From the NCBI GenBank assembly GCA_028534125.1, contig CM052832.1:24120001-24184000 (forward strand): a stretch of 64,000 nucleotides of DNA, in the 5' to 3' direction. The position numbers and the translations under genes were made by a program. This DNA is from Lama glama. Its lineage: Eukaryota. Under the pieces are notes generated by a model that saw nothing but the letters and a program-made list of their open reading frames with translations, searched no databases and was not told the DNA's origin. This document shows, in pieces, positions 1 to 12,007 of the stretch (position 1 is the stretch's first letter; each line of letters begins with the position of its first letter).

Positions 1-89
1 GCTGAACAACAGTTTTGAAACCCTTGTCATGAAAAGGCTACATCCAAATACCTTAACAGCATATTCGTCCATTGAGTACTTAATGGTTG

Positions 90-420
90 AACTGTGATTT
101 GAAGACCAAACAGGAATTAACCAGGCAAGAGGGGAGAAAGATAACTCAAGGTAGAGGAAGCAATACGTGCAAAGTCCCTGTGGTGGACAGGAGCACAAGT
201 AGTATAGGAAGGAAGGAGGGCTGATGGGGCTGGAACAGGGTCTGGAGTCAGAGAGGCTGTAGGCCCTGATGGGGGTGGGACCAGGGCAGGAACAGTCTGC
301 GTGGCGCTCCATTAACCTTGTTAAGGAATTTTGTCAAAACAATGGTGAGCCTTTAAATACTCTAAGGGAAGGGGTGATGAAAAAATTTTGAGTTTTTAAA
401 AGATCAGTCTGACCATGATT
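90..420 (-). mobile_element. L2 LINE fragment (old, degraded)
   Basis: Purine-rich text 'gtagaggaagcaatacgtgcaaagtccctgtgg...ttaaggaattt...aaagatcagtctgac' resembles antisense L2 and the clearer L2 at 19245-20235. Confidence 0.55.
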
Positions 421-2199
421 TGAAAAAAAAAAAAAGCTGATTGAGTGACATGGTTCTACCATCGAGCCATGGGGTACAAAACTATCAACCCAGGATGTGG
501 CAGGTGGGCTTTAGAACCTCCCTGGGAGTTCTGAATATTCTCAGAGATTCGGTTGCCTGGAAGAAGGCTGGGGTCAAGATGAGGAAGCCACAAAGGGGAG
601 GGTCCTAGGCTCAACAAGCAATGGATTTGGAGCTAGAAACAGGTGGGTCCATCAACACAACTGCAGATTCAGGGAAGACCCAGAGAGTGGTCCCGTCAAC
701 CAAACCAGGAGGAGAAATCCCTTAAGACTGGATAATTCCCCCAAGGAGATATCTTGAAGCTGGGAGGGTTGACAAGCTCACGTGTTTTGTGCCATTAGCA
801 TAAATGCAGACTACAGAGCAAGATGAGACAACTAATAGAAAGTAAAGTGTGTGGTATGTAAATTCAAAACCGATACATAACCAGTTGAGTCAACAGTGTG
901 AAATGACTCACTTAAGGTGCCTTCAAAACTGACTAATCTTATACAGTCTGACTTCCTTGGAGATGTCAGCTTCCCTTGATTTCGGGAACTGCACATTTGG
1001 AAACAACTGCTGATCTTGATAATGACTACTCCCTACGGCTCTGAAGGAAGTGAGCTTTGTAAGATGACATTTTTGACTCGGTTCGCAAACAAGAGAATTG
1101 CAATGAGAGCATTAAAATAAATGTATGGTATGTAAGTGTGTTAATTGATTACATGTATTAATGTAACTGGATAGCTCAGAAACTTGCACTGGCCTGAGCA
1201 ATGTCTTCTCCCCTTACACAAGCGCTCCAGGAAGCCAGATCATCATAGGGGAACTGGGGAGTTTGGCATGAGAATTGCATTGGAATGTTTAAAGGCACAG
1301 AGTCTGATAGCTGGATACATCCCTTGCTAGGATGGGGACATAACTCCCAACAGCCTGAGAGCACCTTCTCCCCTAAGTGGTGCTTGGACAGGCATCGCCA
1401 AGGTTACCTCTACAATTTTCCCTCCTCTTTGCATCACAGTCTTTTCACTTTATGCCATTGATTTCTCATCTGCCCAGACAGATGAAGACCCACTGGTCAG
1501 AGCTTGCTGTTTCTTTATATCAAGAGCTTCCTACCAAGCTTAAAATAAGTGCAAATTCTGATGCTTTTTATAATATAAGGACCAAACTCAAGCACCCCTT
1601 CAGCCTTCATGATAGCAAGTCTTGTTACTGAGAAGTCAGCCAGTTGGAAATTCATGGCACCGCAGCCTCTGATGAATGAACATCAGCATTTCCACTTACC
1701 TATCACAAATGTGTCCTTCTCCAAAGGTGAGTAATTCCAGTTTTCACGCCTCGGCTGCTGAGTCTGCAGACTTGCTCCCCTAATCCCACACATGCAGGGT
1801 AAACATGGAGGCAACGTCAGGAAAGTGGGGAGCCTAGGGAATTGTTAGTGCTCCTTCCTTTATTTCACTCCTCTTCTCATAGTTCCCTTCCTGCCACTCC
1901 AAACCCAGCTTCCACACCCCACTACCCCAGCACATATGCACAAATTTCCACTGAGGAAGAAAAACAAACCCTGGGGAACGGGGTGAGACCACAGACTGGG
2001 TAGATAAAAGAGCCTTGACCGGATTTCACCCACTGAGTCATCCATGTTCACCCATGACGAGCACTTCACACAGTGGTTGGTCCAGAGCATCTCCCTGCTG
2101 CTTCACCTTTGCCAGCCTCTTAGTCCTCTTGTTGCCTAACTCATGGCATCCACTGGCACCTCAGTTGTTCGTCCCTTTCTTCCCTGCGTGGAGATGAAG

Positions 2200-2225
2200 G
2201 CGCGCGCGCGCGCGCGTGTGTGTGT
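2200..2225. repeat. (CG)8(TG)4 alternating purine-pyrimidine microsatellite
   Basis: gcgcgcgcgcgcgcgcgtgtgtgtgt read directly. Confidence 0.95.
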
Positions 2226-2807
2226 TGAGAGGTTAAATTGGATTAGAATGAACCGGAATGAAATAAAAGCCAGGGAGAAGGCTCTCTACCCACCTCTGCA
2301 CCAACAGCCCCCTGAAAAGGAGACAGAATTGATGGGAAGCCCAGGTGGAACCCCACAGTCCAATCCGTTTGACCTTCATGTTCTTTTTCCATCTGCACCT
2401 TCCACCTACATGACTTCACCCCTTGAAAAAGGAACTAAGGGTGAGAGGCCATCAGTGTGGGCCTGTCCACTCTGCTTCTTACTCCAGCAGCTGAAGAGAC
2501 AGCGGCTCAGCTCTGGGCCCAAGACATGCATTAAAGCACCACATCGTATCACCTGAGCCCAGGCCCTGCCTTTTGCTTGTCTGTTGAAATAGCAGATGGC
2601 ATCACTACCTGGGCCCTCCCTGGGCCATGGAGGTGGAGAAAAGAGAGAAGATTCAGCAGGGACCCTTTGGCTGAATTACACTGGTTTCAGATAAAGACAC
2701 GTTTCCATTGGAGCAAGTCAATAGTGGATATTTATTGAACAAAGGCAGCCCACGATGGTAAGCTGGACACTTGATAAAGATGATCAATCAAATTGCTTGG
2801 AGGTATG

Positions 2808-2906
2808 TTTTCTTTTTTTAATTTATTTTTTCTTCCAGTTTTATTAAAATATAATTGACATACAGCACCGTGTAAGTTCATGGCGTGCGGCATGGTGATT
2901 TGACTA
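2808..2906 (-). mobile_element. L1 extreme 3' end fragment
   Basis: T-rich tail followed by 'ccagttttattaaaatataattgacatacagcaccgtgtaagtt', similar to the L1 3' end at 62675. Confidence 0.7.
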
Positions 2907-5842
2907 GGGTAGTTTTCTGTTGCGCCTCTGGTTATGCTGAAGATCCTCAAGTATCCTTTGTGACATGGACCTTGGCCTCCCTTCCAGGACTTCGTACAGG
3001 AACATTCTGGCAGCATGTCAGTTCTCAGATATAATTGCCGACTAAAAGTAGAAAGAGGAAAAAAATTCCTGCTTTAGAAGAATGACAGGTTGACAGGTGG
3101 AAGGTGAGGTAATCGGAAAAGGAATTATCTGCTTCGGTGATACTCAGTCCACAGTCGTGGTCCCATTAACACTACAGGCAGGGCCGAGATGGAGTTTCCA
3201 TTAGCACGCCCATTCGAGTTCTCTCTGTTTCCTCTGTTCTCCAATACTGATCTGTTCCCTTAAAAAGTGTCCTCAGGCTGAAATTTTCCCAGTTTGACAC
3301 CAATCCAAAGGTAAATTGCCTGCAAAGTTTGAGACACATTGTGATTGTGTTCATGTCTGTTTCACAAAGTGTACAACTCCCCCGGTCAATTTTCATTTTT
3401 AAGGGTTTTCTCTACAGCTCACTTAGAGTCACTGACAGTGATTTAATAACAGACTTCGCCTGCTACCTTGTGAAAGGAGGAGTCTCTTTTACTTTTTTGC
3501 TCATTTAAAAAAGGAAGAGTAAATATCATGGCATGATTGTGCCAAGTTAAGTCACATAAATAAAGTATAATTATTAGCAAAATGTATTAACTGGAACTAC
3601 ATATCATGCTAGATAAATAGATCTAGACAGAAATAAAAAAAGACATAGTCATGTTAGTTTAATGTTTATATCTAGACAGATCTATTCATTTCTTCATCAG
3701 TGATGAATCTAATTTTAAGTTTGACAAAGAGATCGAAGTTTTGCTGATGGACCTTTATATATTCTTTCTTGCCCCTTGTAGATTTAAATGACCTGTGTTC
3801 TTCTCTGGAGGAACATGGACTTGACCTTTAGACTGTAGGAATTGCCCAGCCTTCCAGGTTGGAGAAGGTTCCAAGCCACATGGCTTGGGCTGAAAGCAAG
3901 GATGTCTGTAACCTGGCAGTCTTGTTACCTTAAAGACGTCTCTTAAGGTCATCCCAACTTCAAACCCATCATGTCTCAGGGTGGTGGGATCCCAGTAGGC
4001 TAGAATGCCAGTGTATAGAGCCAGGCCGAGGATGGTAGCAAAACTGACTGGAATATGGGAGCTAGTGAACAGGTCAGAGTGTCTGAGTTTCTATGTGGAG
4101 TTTCACTGAAGCTTCCCAGTGGCCAGAGATGCTTCTTTGAATGATTCCAGATCACGGCGCACACCTTAGCTGCACTAACCTTGCATGGGGTTGCTTTGCC
4201 AGGATGGAAATGTTATATTCTTATTACGTCTTCATTTTCCTGAGGAACAGAAAGGCACTTTGGACTAGAGCTTGTAGGCAGAGGGCCCTTTTCTTTCTTT
4301 TCAAGAATGCGTAACTCAAATTTATAAGAAAGAAATGAGCTACTTAGTCTTCATGACTTGCCCCGTTCTAATTTACGCATCCTCTTCTTCATTTTCTTGG
4401 ATATAGAAAGAGAAGGACTGCAAGGAGACAGGATTTTTTAAAAAGATGTGCCTGTTTTTATCAGATTTGATGAATGTTATTTTATCAAACATTAGAAATG
4501 TGTTAAGGGGAAATATTTGTTTACACCTTAAGCAGCATAAAAAGCCATCTTGCTTCAGTCTCGTTAAGTCAATTACTCTCTGGGCTTTTAGAAGTTGGCA
4601 AGCCATCTCCATGCCCTCAGAAAGCGCTGAAGTTGAAGAATTATTATATAAAACCTATATGATTCTTCCCCTCCGAAAAAACAAACATAATCCCTTCTGA
4701 AACCCAGATTGGACCATTTCAATAGCAAACACGCTCATTTATTATTTCTGGCACTCCTGGGTGTGAGGGACTTCTTGGGCCATTCAGTCAGGCCCGGCTT
4801 TCATTATGAAATCCATCCCTTCGATAAAGGAAAATAAACAGACTTGGTACCTTAGGCTAACGTGGTTTCTGAGTTTTGGAGGGCAGCAGATTGTTTATTT
4901 TTTTCCAAGCTGATAAGTTTCCAAGGCAAAATGATTTATCTCTGTCCAGTTCTTCTTGGGATATTCACTGGGCAGAAAGTGGATTAAGGGAGAAGCAGAG
5001 AAAGGGCTGAAAGAGAAAGGGGAGGAACTCTAAGGGCAAGCCTGAATCTACGATGGCCTAACCCGATTACTGTGTATCCTCTAAAGGGAGCAAAAATCAA
5101 ATTAAATTGGAGCAAAAGAAAGTGAAAGGAGAAGGAAATTGCAATATTTTGGTCTATGGGAGATTGCATTGTAGGGTTAATAGAATTTAGATGGCAACAT
5201 CATTTTTAAAACCAGATTGGCTTATGCCTGTAATTCCTGAATGTACTGTTCACAGGCGAGGTTTGTGTATGTCTTTTCTCTGACATGACACAAGAAAAAA
5301 AATGTTCACAAATGATAATTGCCTAGTGCCAGCAGTCACATAATTTCCTTTCAAAAGAGAGCAGGGAAAAGAGCTGTTGCCAAGGCAAGCTTGGAGGCTG
5401 TGAGGCCCCAGAGTTCTCCATTATCTGGGGTCCCACCCACCGCCTGTCACTTCCCTCCAAGGCGTCTGTTTGGCCCCTAGGGAAGTCCCGCTCCAAGCCT
5501 GACTTGGAGGAACTGCCCAGCTGGGGTCCACCTAAGTCAACATGCATCCTCCATTCACCATGAGTGACCCCGTGGGCTTGAGAGGCCCGTTGCTCTCTGG
5601 AGGAGATGCCCGGTAGCGTCCCCAGGAATTCTCATCCTCCAGAGGCAGGACACACATCGATGCATGAGCCACTCAGGAACAGTCCAAGATGAATGTGAAT
5701 AAATGCCAAATGGGTGTATAGACCAGCTGTTCTCAAGGTGGTCATGATCATGGAGAGAAAGGAGTGGAGGTAGGGCTGCCATTGCTATAGCACCAGATTT
5801 TACCACCTGCCTTATAATAACAGGCAGTGTTTATATAGTTTA

Positions 5843-6002
5843 TTTTTTAATTTTATTTTTAGCTTTTTAATTTTTTCTTAGAAGTATACTCTTTTTTGCC
5901 TTTTTTTCTGTTTTTTTTTTTAAATGAAGGTGCTGGGGATTGAACCCAGGACCTCTTGCATGCTAAGCATGTGCTCTACCACTGAGTTGGCCCCTCCCAC
6001 CC
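5843..6002 (-). mobile_element. tRNA-Ala-derived SINE (camelid Vic-1-like)
   Basis: Minus strand reads gggaggggccaactcagtggtagagcacatgcttagcatgcaagaggtcctgggttcaatccccagcacc plus an A-rich tail; B box GGTTCAATCC; TSD tgtttatatagttta (5828-5842) / tgtttgtacagttta (6003-6017). Confidence 0.85.
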
Positions 6003-6019
6003 TGTTTGTACAGTTTACA

Positions 6020-6310
6020 CAGTGCTGAGGCATGAGGCGGGGTTGAACACTTTACATGCCTCACAGCTATCCTGTTGGTGGTCAAGTGCAGGGAATGAAG
6101 AGTACTCTCTCTTAGGAGAGGTTATCCATACGATGCATTTAGTTAGCACCTGGTGCCAACCTGAGCTGTCATTTGCATCGTCTTCCCCAGTTGACAGATG
6201 GGGCAACCAAAGCTGAGTGAACGGTGGTGAGTAAGAGGTAGTTACTGATTAAGACCTGAATTCTAACGTTGGTCTGACTCCAAAGGCCATTCTCTTCACT
6301 TTGATGTCTT
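6020..6310 (-). mobile_element. MIR SINE fragment(s)
   Basis: 'ccccagttgacagatggggcaacc...ggtctgactccaaaggccattctctt' resembles antisense MIR core. Confidence 0.5.
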
Positions 6311-6719
6311 ACTGCTCTACGCTGAGTGGGCAGGTGTGTGATCTCCACCAGTGACTTTGAACCACAGCTCCATTAAATGCTGCCGGGAGAACTGTAGGAG
6401 GAAGTTTTAAGAGAAGGTTCTGCAGAGGAAGAGAGGCTCCAGAAAATGGTTAGGGTTGAGGAAGCTTTAGACACTGGAGAGGGGCTGGGAGACAGCAGGG
6501 GGAAACAGTCCAGCAGGCACTGACGGTTAACTGGAAAATAGGACATTAGGGAAATTAGGCTGATATTCCAATCTCGCTGTCCACATGCTGCCAGGCGTGT
6601 GCCACAAAGCTTCCTCCTCTGACACCCAGTTCCCGCTGAGGTCTTCTCACCTTTCACAAGGCAGTTCAGTCAGTCACAAAACCCCAGTGGATCATGCGAC
6701 CTTGACCCGATTCTGTGCA

Positions 6720-6930
6720 CTGGAGCAGTGTTCTCTATAGGAGAAACATTGCCAGGGACGGGGAACTCACTCCTTCTCGAGGGAGCCCAGTTCTTTGATG
6801 GATAGTTTTCATTCCTAGAGAGCACTGTCTCTTGTAATCTCTGCTTCGTGAGCCCCTTAGGTAATTAAAGACCACTATCCCGTATTGAGTTTCTTCTTCT
6901 CCAGGCCAAGCAAACCCAGGTTCCCCATAT
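6720..6930 (-). mobile_element. L3/CR1 LINE 3' fragment
   Basis: 'ccagggacggggaactcactccttctcgagggagcccagttc' and 'cttctccaggccaagcaaacccagg' resemble antisense L3/CR1. Confidence 0.5.
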
Positions 6931-7439
6931 TTAAACCTATCTCCATGCCTTTGCTTCGATGCACCAACTTCCAGTTTGTAACCTCCTGGACACGATGTGG
7001 TTTTGGGGAGCAGGGAGTGAGTTCACACTAGCACATCTCCCTACATACAGCACTGCTTTGCAAAGGGGAGAAAAGATTTGAGTGCAAATGGAAAGTATAT
7101 TACCTGCATGTGGGCACAAGTAGACAAAGTGAATCTATAGTCAAAAGAAGCATTGCCTGTCACACGAGGGCTTCCAGAAGTCATACTGCAGCTTTAATAA
7201 CCTCAGAAGTATATTTGCTAAAATCGTACAAAATCGCACCACTGGAAAGTTAAATTATGTAAATTTCTGTTCTACTTATTACATTTTATAGATTTTTAAT
7301 AATACATTTTTAATTGCAGTATTTGTTTCAGGCAGCACTGGCCATCTTCAGAGGGTCAGGAGTCTCCTTAGAGATACGTGACTCCCTCTGCTGACCTGAA
7401 CATAATGGGAATTTTCCACAGCCAGTTTGTGGCTGAATT

Positions 7440-7880
7440 AGACCCATATTAGGAATAAGTGACTATAACAGGAACCACGAGGCCAAGTTTCAGACACTCA
7501 AATCTGTGCTCAAGGTCTCTCTTTCCTAGCCCCAGCACCACCCTTGTTCCATCCTCAAAGTTACTTTGTGCTCCAAGTTGGCTGCTGGAATGCCTGCCAT
7601 CACAGTTATGTTCCATGAAAGCAGTGGGAAGAAGCAGAACAGCAATAATGGACACGCTTCTCCTCTTTTAAGGAAGCTTCCCAGACTTTCTACACAGTGC
7701 TCACTTATATCTCATTGGCCAAAACCATGTCACAGCTAGATCCTTGGCAATATTTAGCTGCAAGGAAGGCTTAAAAATCTTGTCTTTATTCCAAGCAACA
7801 ATACAGCCAGCTTAGAAAATAGTGGATTCTATTACCAAGGAAAATGAGGAGAATGGACATTAGAAAACAGCTAGTTTTCT
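7440..7880. mobile_element. MaLR LTR (old MLT1-like)
   Basis: 'ctcacttatatctcattggccaaaaccatgtcac...agctgcaaggaaggcttaaaaat' is typical of MLT1J/K-type LTRs. Confidence 0.65.
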
Positions 7881-8235
7881 CCTCAACCAGGGTTATATAC
7901 ATGAGAGCACCTGCTCCCCCGCATTCTCACCGTCACTGAGTGTTGCCAATTCTTTCCATCTTTGCCAATTGACATGATCTAAATGGTGTTTCTATTTATA
8001 TTGCTCTGATAATTGAAAAGGGTGAACATGTATGCATGTTTATTAACTACTTGTTAGTCTCTGATTAAGTTGCTATTTATATTCATAGTTTATTTTTAAT
8101 TCTTTTAATTTTTTTCTCATTGATTATTGAGTCCTTTACTTATTAGGAATATAAACCATATACCTTGCAAACATTTCCCCCAGTTTTTCATGTTTTTAAA
8201 ATTTCACCTATGTTTTTAAAAAAATATTTTATGTC

Positions 8236-8945
8236 CCACCACCCATCAGGTTGGATATTATTGAAAAAAAAAACCCAGAAAATAACAAGTGTTGGCAAAG
8301 GTGTGAAAAATTTGGAATCCTTGTGGACAGTTGGTAGGAGTAGAGAATGATGCAGTGCTATGGAAACAGAGCAGTTCCTCAGAAAATTACAAATAGAATG
8401 ACCATATGATTCAGCAACTCCACTTGATGTATACCCCCAAAGAATTGAAAGCAAGGTCTGGAAGAGATACATGAACATTTATGTCCACGGCAGCATTATT
8501 CACAATAGCCAAAATGGGGGACTAACCCAAGTGCCCATCAGCAGATGAAATGGATAGACAAAATGTAGTACATATGTACAATGGAGTATTATTCAGCCTT
8601 TAAAAAGGAAGGAAAATCTAACACTTGCTACAGTGTGGGTAAACCTTGAGCACATTGTGCCAAGTAAGATAAGCCAGTCACAAAAGGACTAATACTATGT
8701 GATTCTGCTTATATGAGGCACCTGGTTTGTCACATTTACAGAGACAGAACACAGAGTGGTGGGGCTGGGAGGAGGGGGCGGCGGGAGTTGTTTAATGGGT
8801 ACAGAGTTTCAGTTTTGTCAGATGGAAAGAGCTCATGAGATTGGTTGTCAAACAATGTGAACGTACTTAACACTGCCACACTGCACACTTAAAAATGGTT
8901 AAGATGGTAAATTTTATGATACGTGTATTTACAACAATTAAAAAT
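8236..8945 (+). mobile_element. 5'-truncated L1 (L1MB-like) 3' end
   Basis: ORF2 C-terminus remnant (KITSVGKGVKNLESLWTVG) plus 3'UTR ending acaacaattaaaaa; possible TSD aaaatattttatgtc / aaaatttttatttc. Confidence 0.85.
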
Positions 8946-9059
8946 TTTTATTTCATTAGCTATAACATCCTATTCCTTTACAGTTTTTGTCTTTAGCATC
9001 ATGCTTAGGAAGTCTTTTCTTACCTCTACATGATACAAATACTTACCCGTTCTTTTTTG

Positions 9060-9958
9060 TGATTGCATGTGGGGGACTCAGGTGCAGCTGACTCGTTTCA
9101 TAAGTTATTATCAGTGGTTGATCCTTCTTAGGCTCCTCTCATTGATTTTATTCCCTTTAATCCCCACTTCCTATTCTAACCCCATCCTTCATAAAGCCTT
9201 TCGAAGGTCCTAAATATGTATCTTTTTCATTTGCATGCGTTTTTGCTAAATCTGTATTGTATAATGTTCACATTATAATTGACATTAATGACATTGTGTT
9301 ATATATCTCATTACTCTTCTGACTTGTTTCACTGCATTTTTAAGATCCATCTTTGATGTTCTGTGTGCATTTGGTCCATTCTAATTTCTGCTCAGCCCTC
9401 CTTGGTGTGCATCTGACATTTCACCAATCCGTTCTCCCCACACTGGACACTCCAATTGCCTCCAGCTTTCCGTCACAAACAATACTGCATCCACTTATGG
9501 GTCCGTGTGGGATGGATTTCGTTGCATCAAAACGAAGGACTTCTGTGCAACAAAGGCCAACATTAATGAAATGAATAGATGACAAAGAGGAAAATGGTAT
9601 TTGCAGTGTGTAAATTAACAAGGGATTCATATCTAGAATATACAAGCAACCTTCTCAAATCAAGAAAATACGGGAACCCCAATAGAAATTGGGCAAAGGG
9701 TATAAGCCGGCACGTTATCAAAATGGGAACCCCTAAAACTAAAAAGTATTTGAAGAGATGTTCAAATTCATTAATAAGCCGTTAAATGCATTTTAAAATA
9801 AACGTCTATCTTACTAGAATGGCAAAACCCAGAAACTAGATGGCATCAGGTACAGGTGTGGCTTTGCAGCCCTGGAACGCCTGCACTGCCGGTGGGAGAG
9901 TACACTGTGGTCGGATTAAGTCCACACGTACTCCTGACCCTGAAATTCCACTCTTCTA
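9060..9958. mobile_element. Old L1 (L1ME-like) with internal inversion
   Basis: 9060-9525 antisense 3' region; 9525-9958 sense ORF2 C-terminal remnant (GNPNRNWAKGISRH..YLKRCSNSL; PDPEIPL). Confidence 0.6.
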
Positions 9959-11164
9959 TCGGCACTTTCATAGTTTGGGGTTTTATTTATTTTTAGCACA
10001 TAAATATTTAATCCATCTGGGATTTATTTTGTTGTGGAGGATGAGTATTGAGTAATATTTATTTTCCCCAAATGTTTGGCCAGTTGACTTAACACTTTTG
10101 GATAACACTACCTTTTCTTCCACTGTCACTCTATCAGGTACTAACTTCTTATAGATTCCCGGGTCTGTTTTAAGGTATTAGGTTTCTAAACAGTGTATCT
10201 GGGGGTTGCCAAGCAGTGACCCATTTGGAGAACGTTTAATCCCTCCTGTGCTTTTTGTGCTTTGATGTCAAGAGCCATGTACTAACTACAGATCCAAAGG
10301 AAAAACAGTCACAGAAACCAAGGGCTGTTTTTTCCCTGATACTTGTAAATTGCTTTTGGATGGAGCTTTGGTTTCTGGCGGTTATTCTTAAATGAGCCCC
10401 TTCTCACATCCCTTCTTTACTTCCTAATCTCCCAACCTTGTGGTGGCATCTTCTTACTTCCATTTCTTTGACTCAAAAAGTTAGATTTGAGCTCCCTCCC
10501 CCTCTCTCTCTTTCTCATTGAATGCCCAAATAATCCTTTTTCAAAAAGAAAGTTTAAAGTCTTGAACAGAGTTTGGAAACCAGAAAACCTCTCTGGAGAT
10601 TAGCAATTTAGCAACTTGAAGATTTCACTTAGCCCAAATTAAAAAAAAAACCCTCCAGAATTGAAGTGCCTCCTTGGTTCGTACCGGCAGGGCTGGTGGC
10701 ACTCGTGTGAGTTCTGTCTGTATTCCCAGGCTCGGTCTAGTTACCAGATAGAAGATGTGTGACCACAGAGGGTTAACAGCCCGAGGAGCAACCCAGACAC
10801 CTGAAAACCATCCTCACATCAGGGACATAAGTCACATTCCAAGGCTGCAGGAAAGTGTGTTCTGCTTGAAGAGTGTCAGTCACTTAAGTTTTTAAAGACC
10901 CAGACAGCACTAAAAGGCTGTCAATCATTTCCTACAAAAGCAGACAAGAAACTTTTAACATCTGAATTGCCAATATTTTCCACAGTAAAGGAAGTAGAAA
11001 AACTTTTTAAATGTAAAAACAATGATTATTTCCCAGATCAAAAGGCCCAGGTCCCTTCCATGAGAATATTGGACTGGCATTACCTGTCAGATTAAAGAGC
11101 AGTAATAACGAGATCTGTTACAGCATAAAGAAAAAGATCGGGTCTGACTTCCCTTGGCTGGAAG

Positions 11165-11338
11165 ACTAGATGCATGGGGCTACTTAAATTTAATTAAAAT
11201 TCAATAAAACTTTCATTTTAGTCACACTAGACACAGGTCAAGTTCTCAACCACCGCATGTGGCAAAGTGGCTGCTGTACTGAGTAGTGCACACACACAAC
11301 ATTGCCATTGTCACAGTAAGTTCCACTGGACACCGCTG
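11165..11338 (-). mobile_element. MER3 (hAT-Charlie MITE)
   Basis: 'gtcacactagacacaggtcaagttctcaaccaccgcatgtggcaaagtggctgctgtactg...ttccactggacaccgctg'. Confidence 0.75.
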
Positions 11339-11344
11339 ATTAGA

Positions 11345-11700
11345 CCCTTGCTACGCAGAGTATGGCCCTGGGCCAGCAGTACTGTTGTCACCTGGGAGCA
11401 TGGTGGGCTTCATGGGCCTGTGGCCTGTGCAGTGGCCCAGGGCCTCATGCTTAGATGAAGGACTCTGCACGTGGTTTAATACTTTACTGTCACCATCTTG
11501 AAATCGTCCACTTTTGAACAAGAGGTGCTGTATTTTCATTGGCATTGAGCCTCACAAACCATGTAGCCAATCCCGCTTTGGGAGCTTGTTACAAATGCAG
11601 GACCTCATGGCCCACCCCCCACCTGCTGAATCAGAACCCGAATGTTAACAAGACCCTCCCAGCTGACTCTTACAGACATTAAATTTGGAGAAATAGGATC
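11345..11700. mobile_element. MER5A (hAT-Charlie) interrupted by MER53
   Basis: 'cagcagtactgttgtcacctgggagc | ttgttacaaatgcagg...ctgaatcagaacc...taacaagaccctccc'. Confidence 0.75.
11400..11577 (+). mobile_element. MER53 (hAT MITE)
   Basis: 'ggcttcatgggcctgtggcctgtgcagtggcccagggcc...tggtttaatactttactgtcaccatcttgaaat...tgtagccaatcc'; flanked by TGGGAGC repeats. Confidence 0.75.
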
Positions 11701-12007
11701 TAGAAGAGTAATTCTCAAACATTTTAAAATCTATGGAACTCTTTCTTTAAACTGATTAAAATAACATTTGCACAGATTCAAATATATAAACTAAAGTAAT
11801 TATGCCCATCAGGCAATTGATACAGTCATTGTTCAGCTGTAAATAATGGGTCATTTGGGGATCCCTGGGATGTTATGGAAGAGCTTGAACATTTTTAATC
11901 TAGAACCCCCTGGTTGGAGTTTACAGTGTTGAGACAACCCCAATCCTATACCCAAGAACTGACAAGCTACCAGGTAAGCCAGCTTTCTTGGAATAAGACA
12001 ATTCGGC

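Larger units (their letters stand above)
7890..10170 (-). mobile_element. Old L1 (ORF2 3' part) broken by two later L1 insertions
   Basis: Antisense L1 text at 7890-8230, 8950-9060 and 9960-10170 is collinear across the inserts. Confidence 0.55.

Noticed and set aside
2143..2556. 137-aa ATG ORF
   Set aside because: Runs through a microsatellite; no recognisable domain
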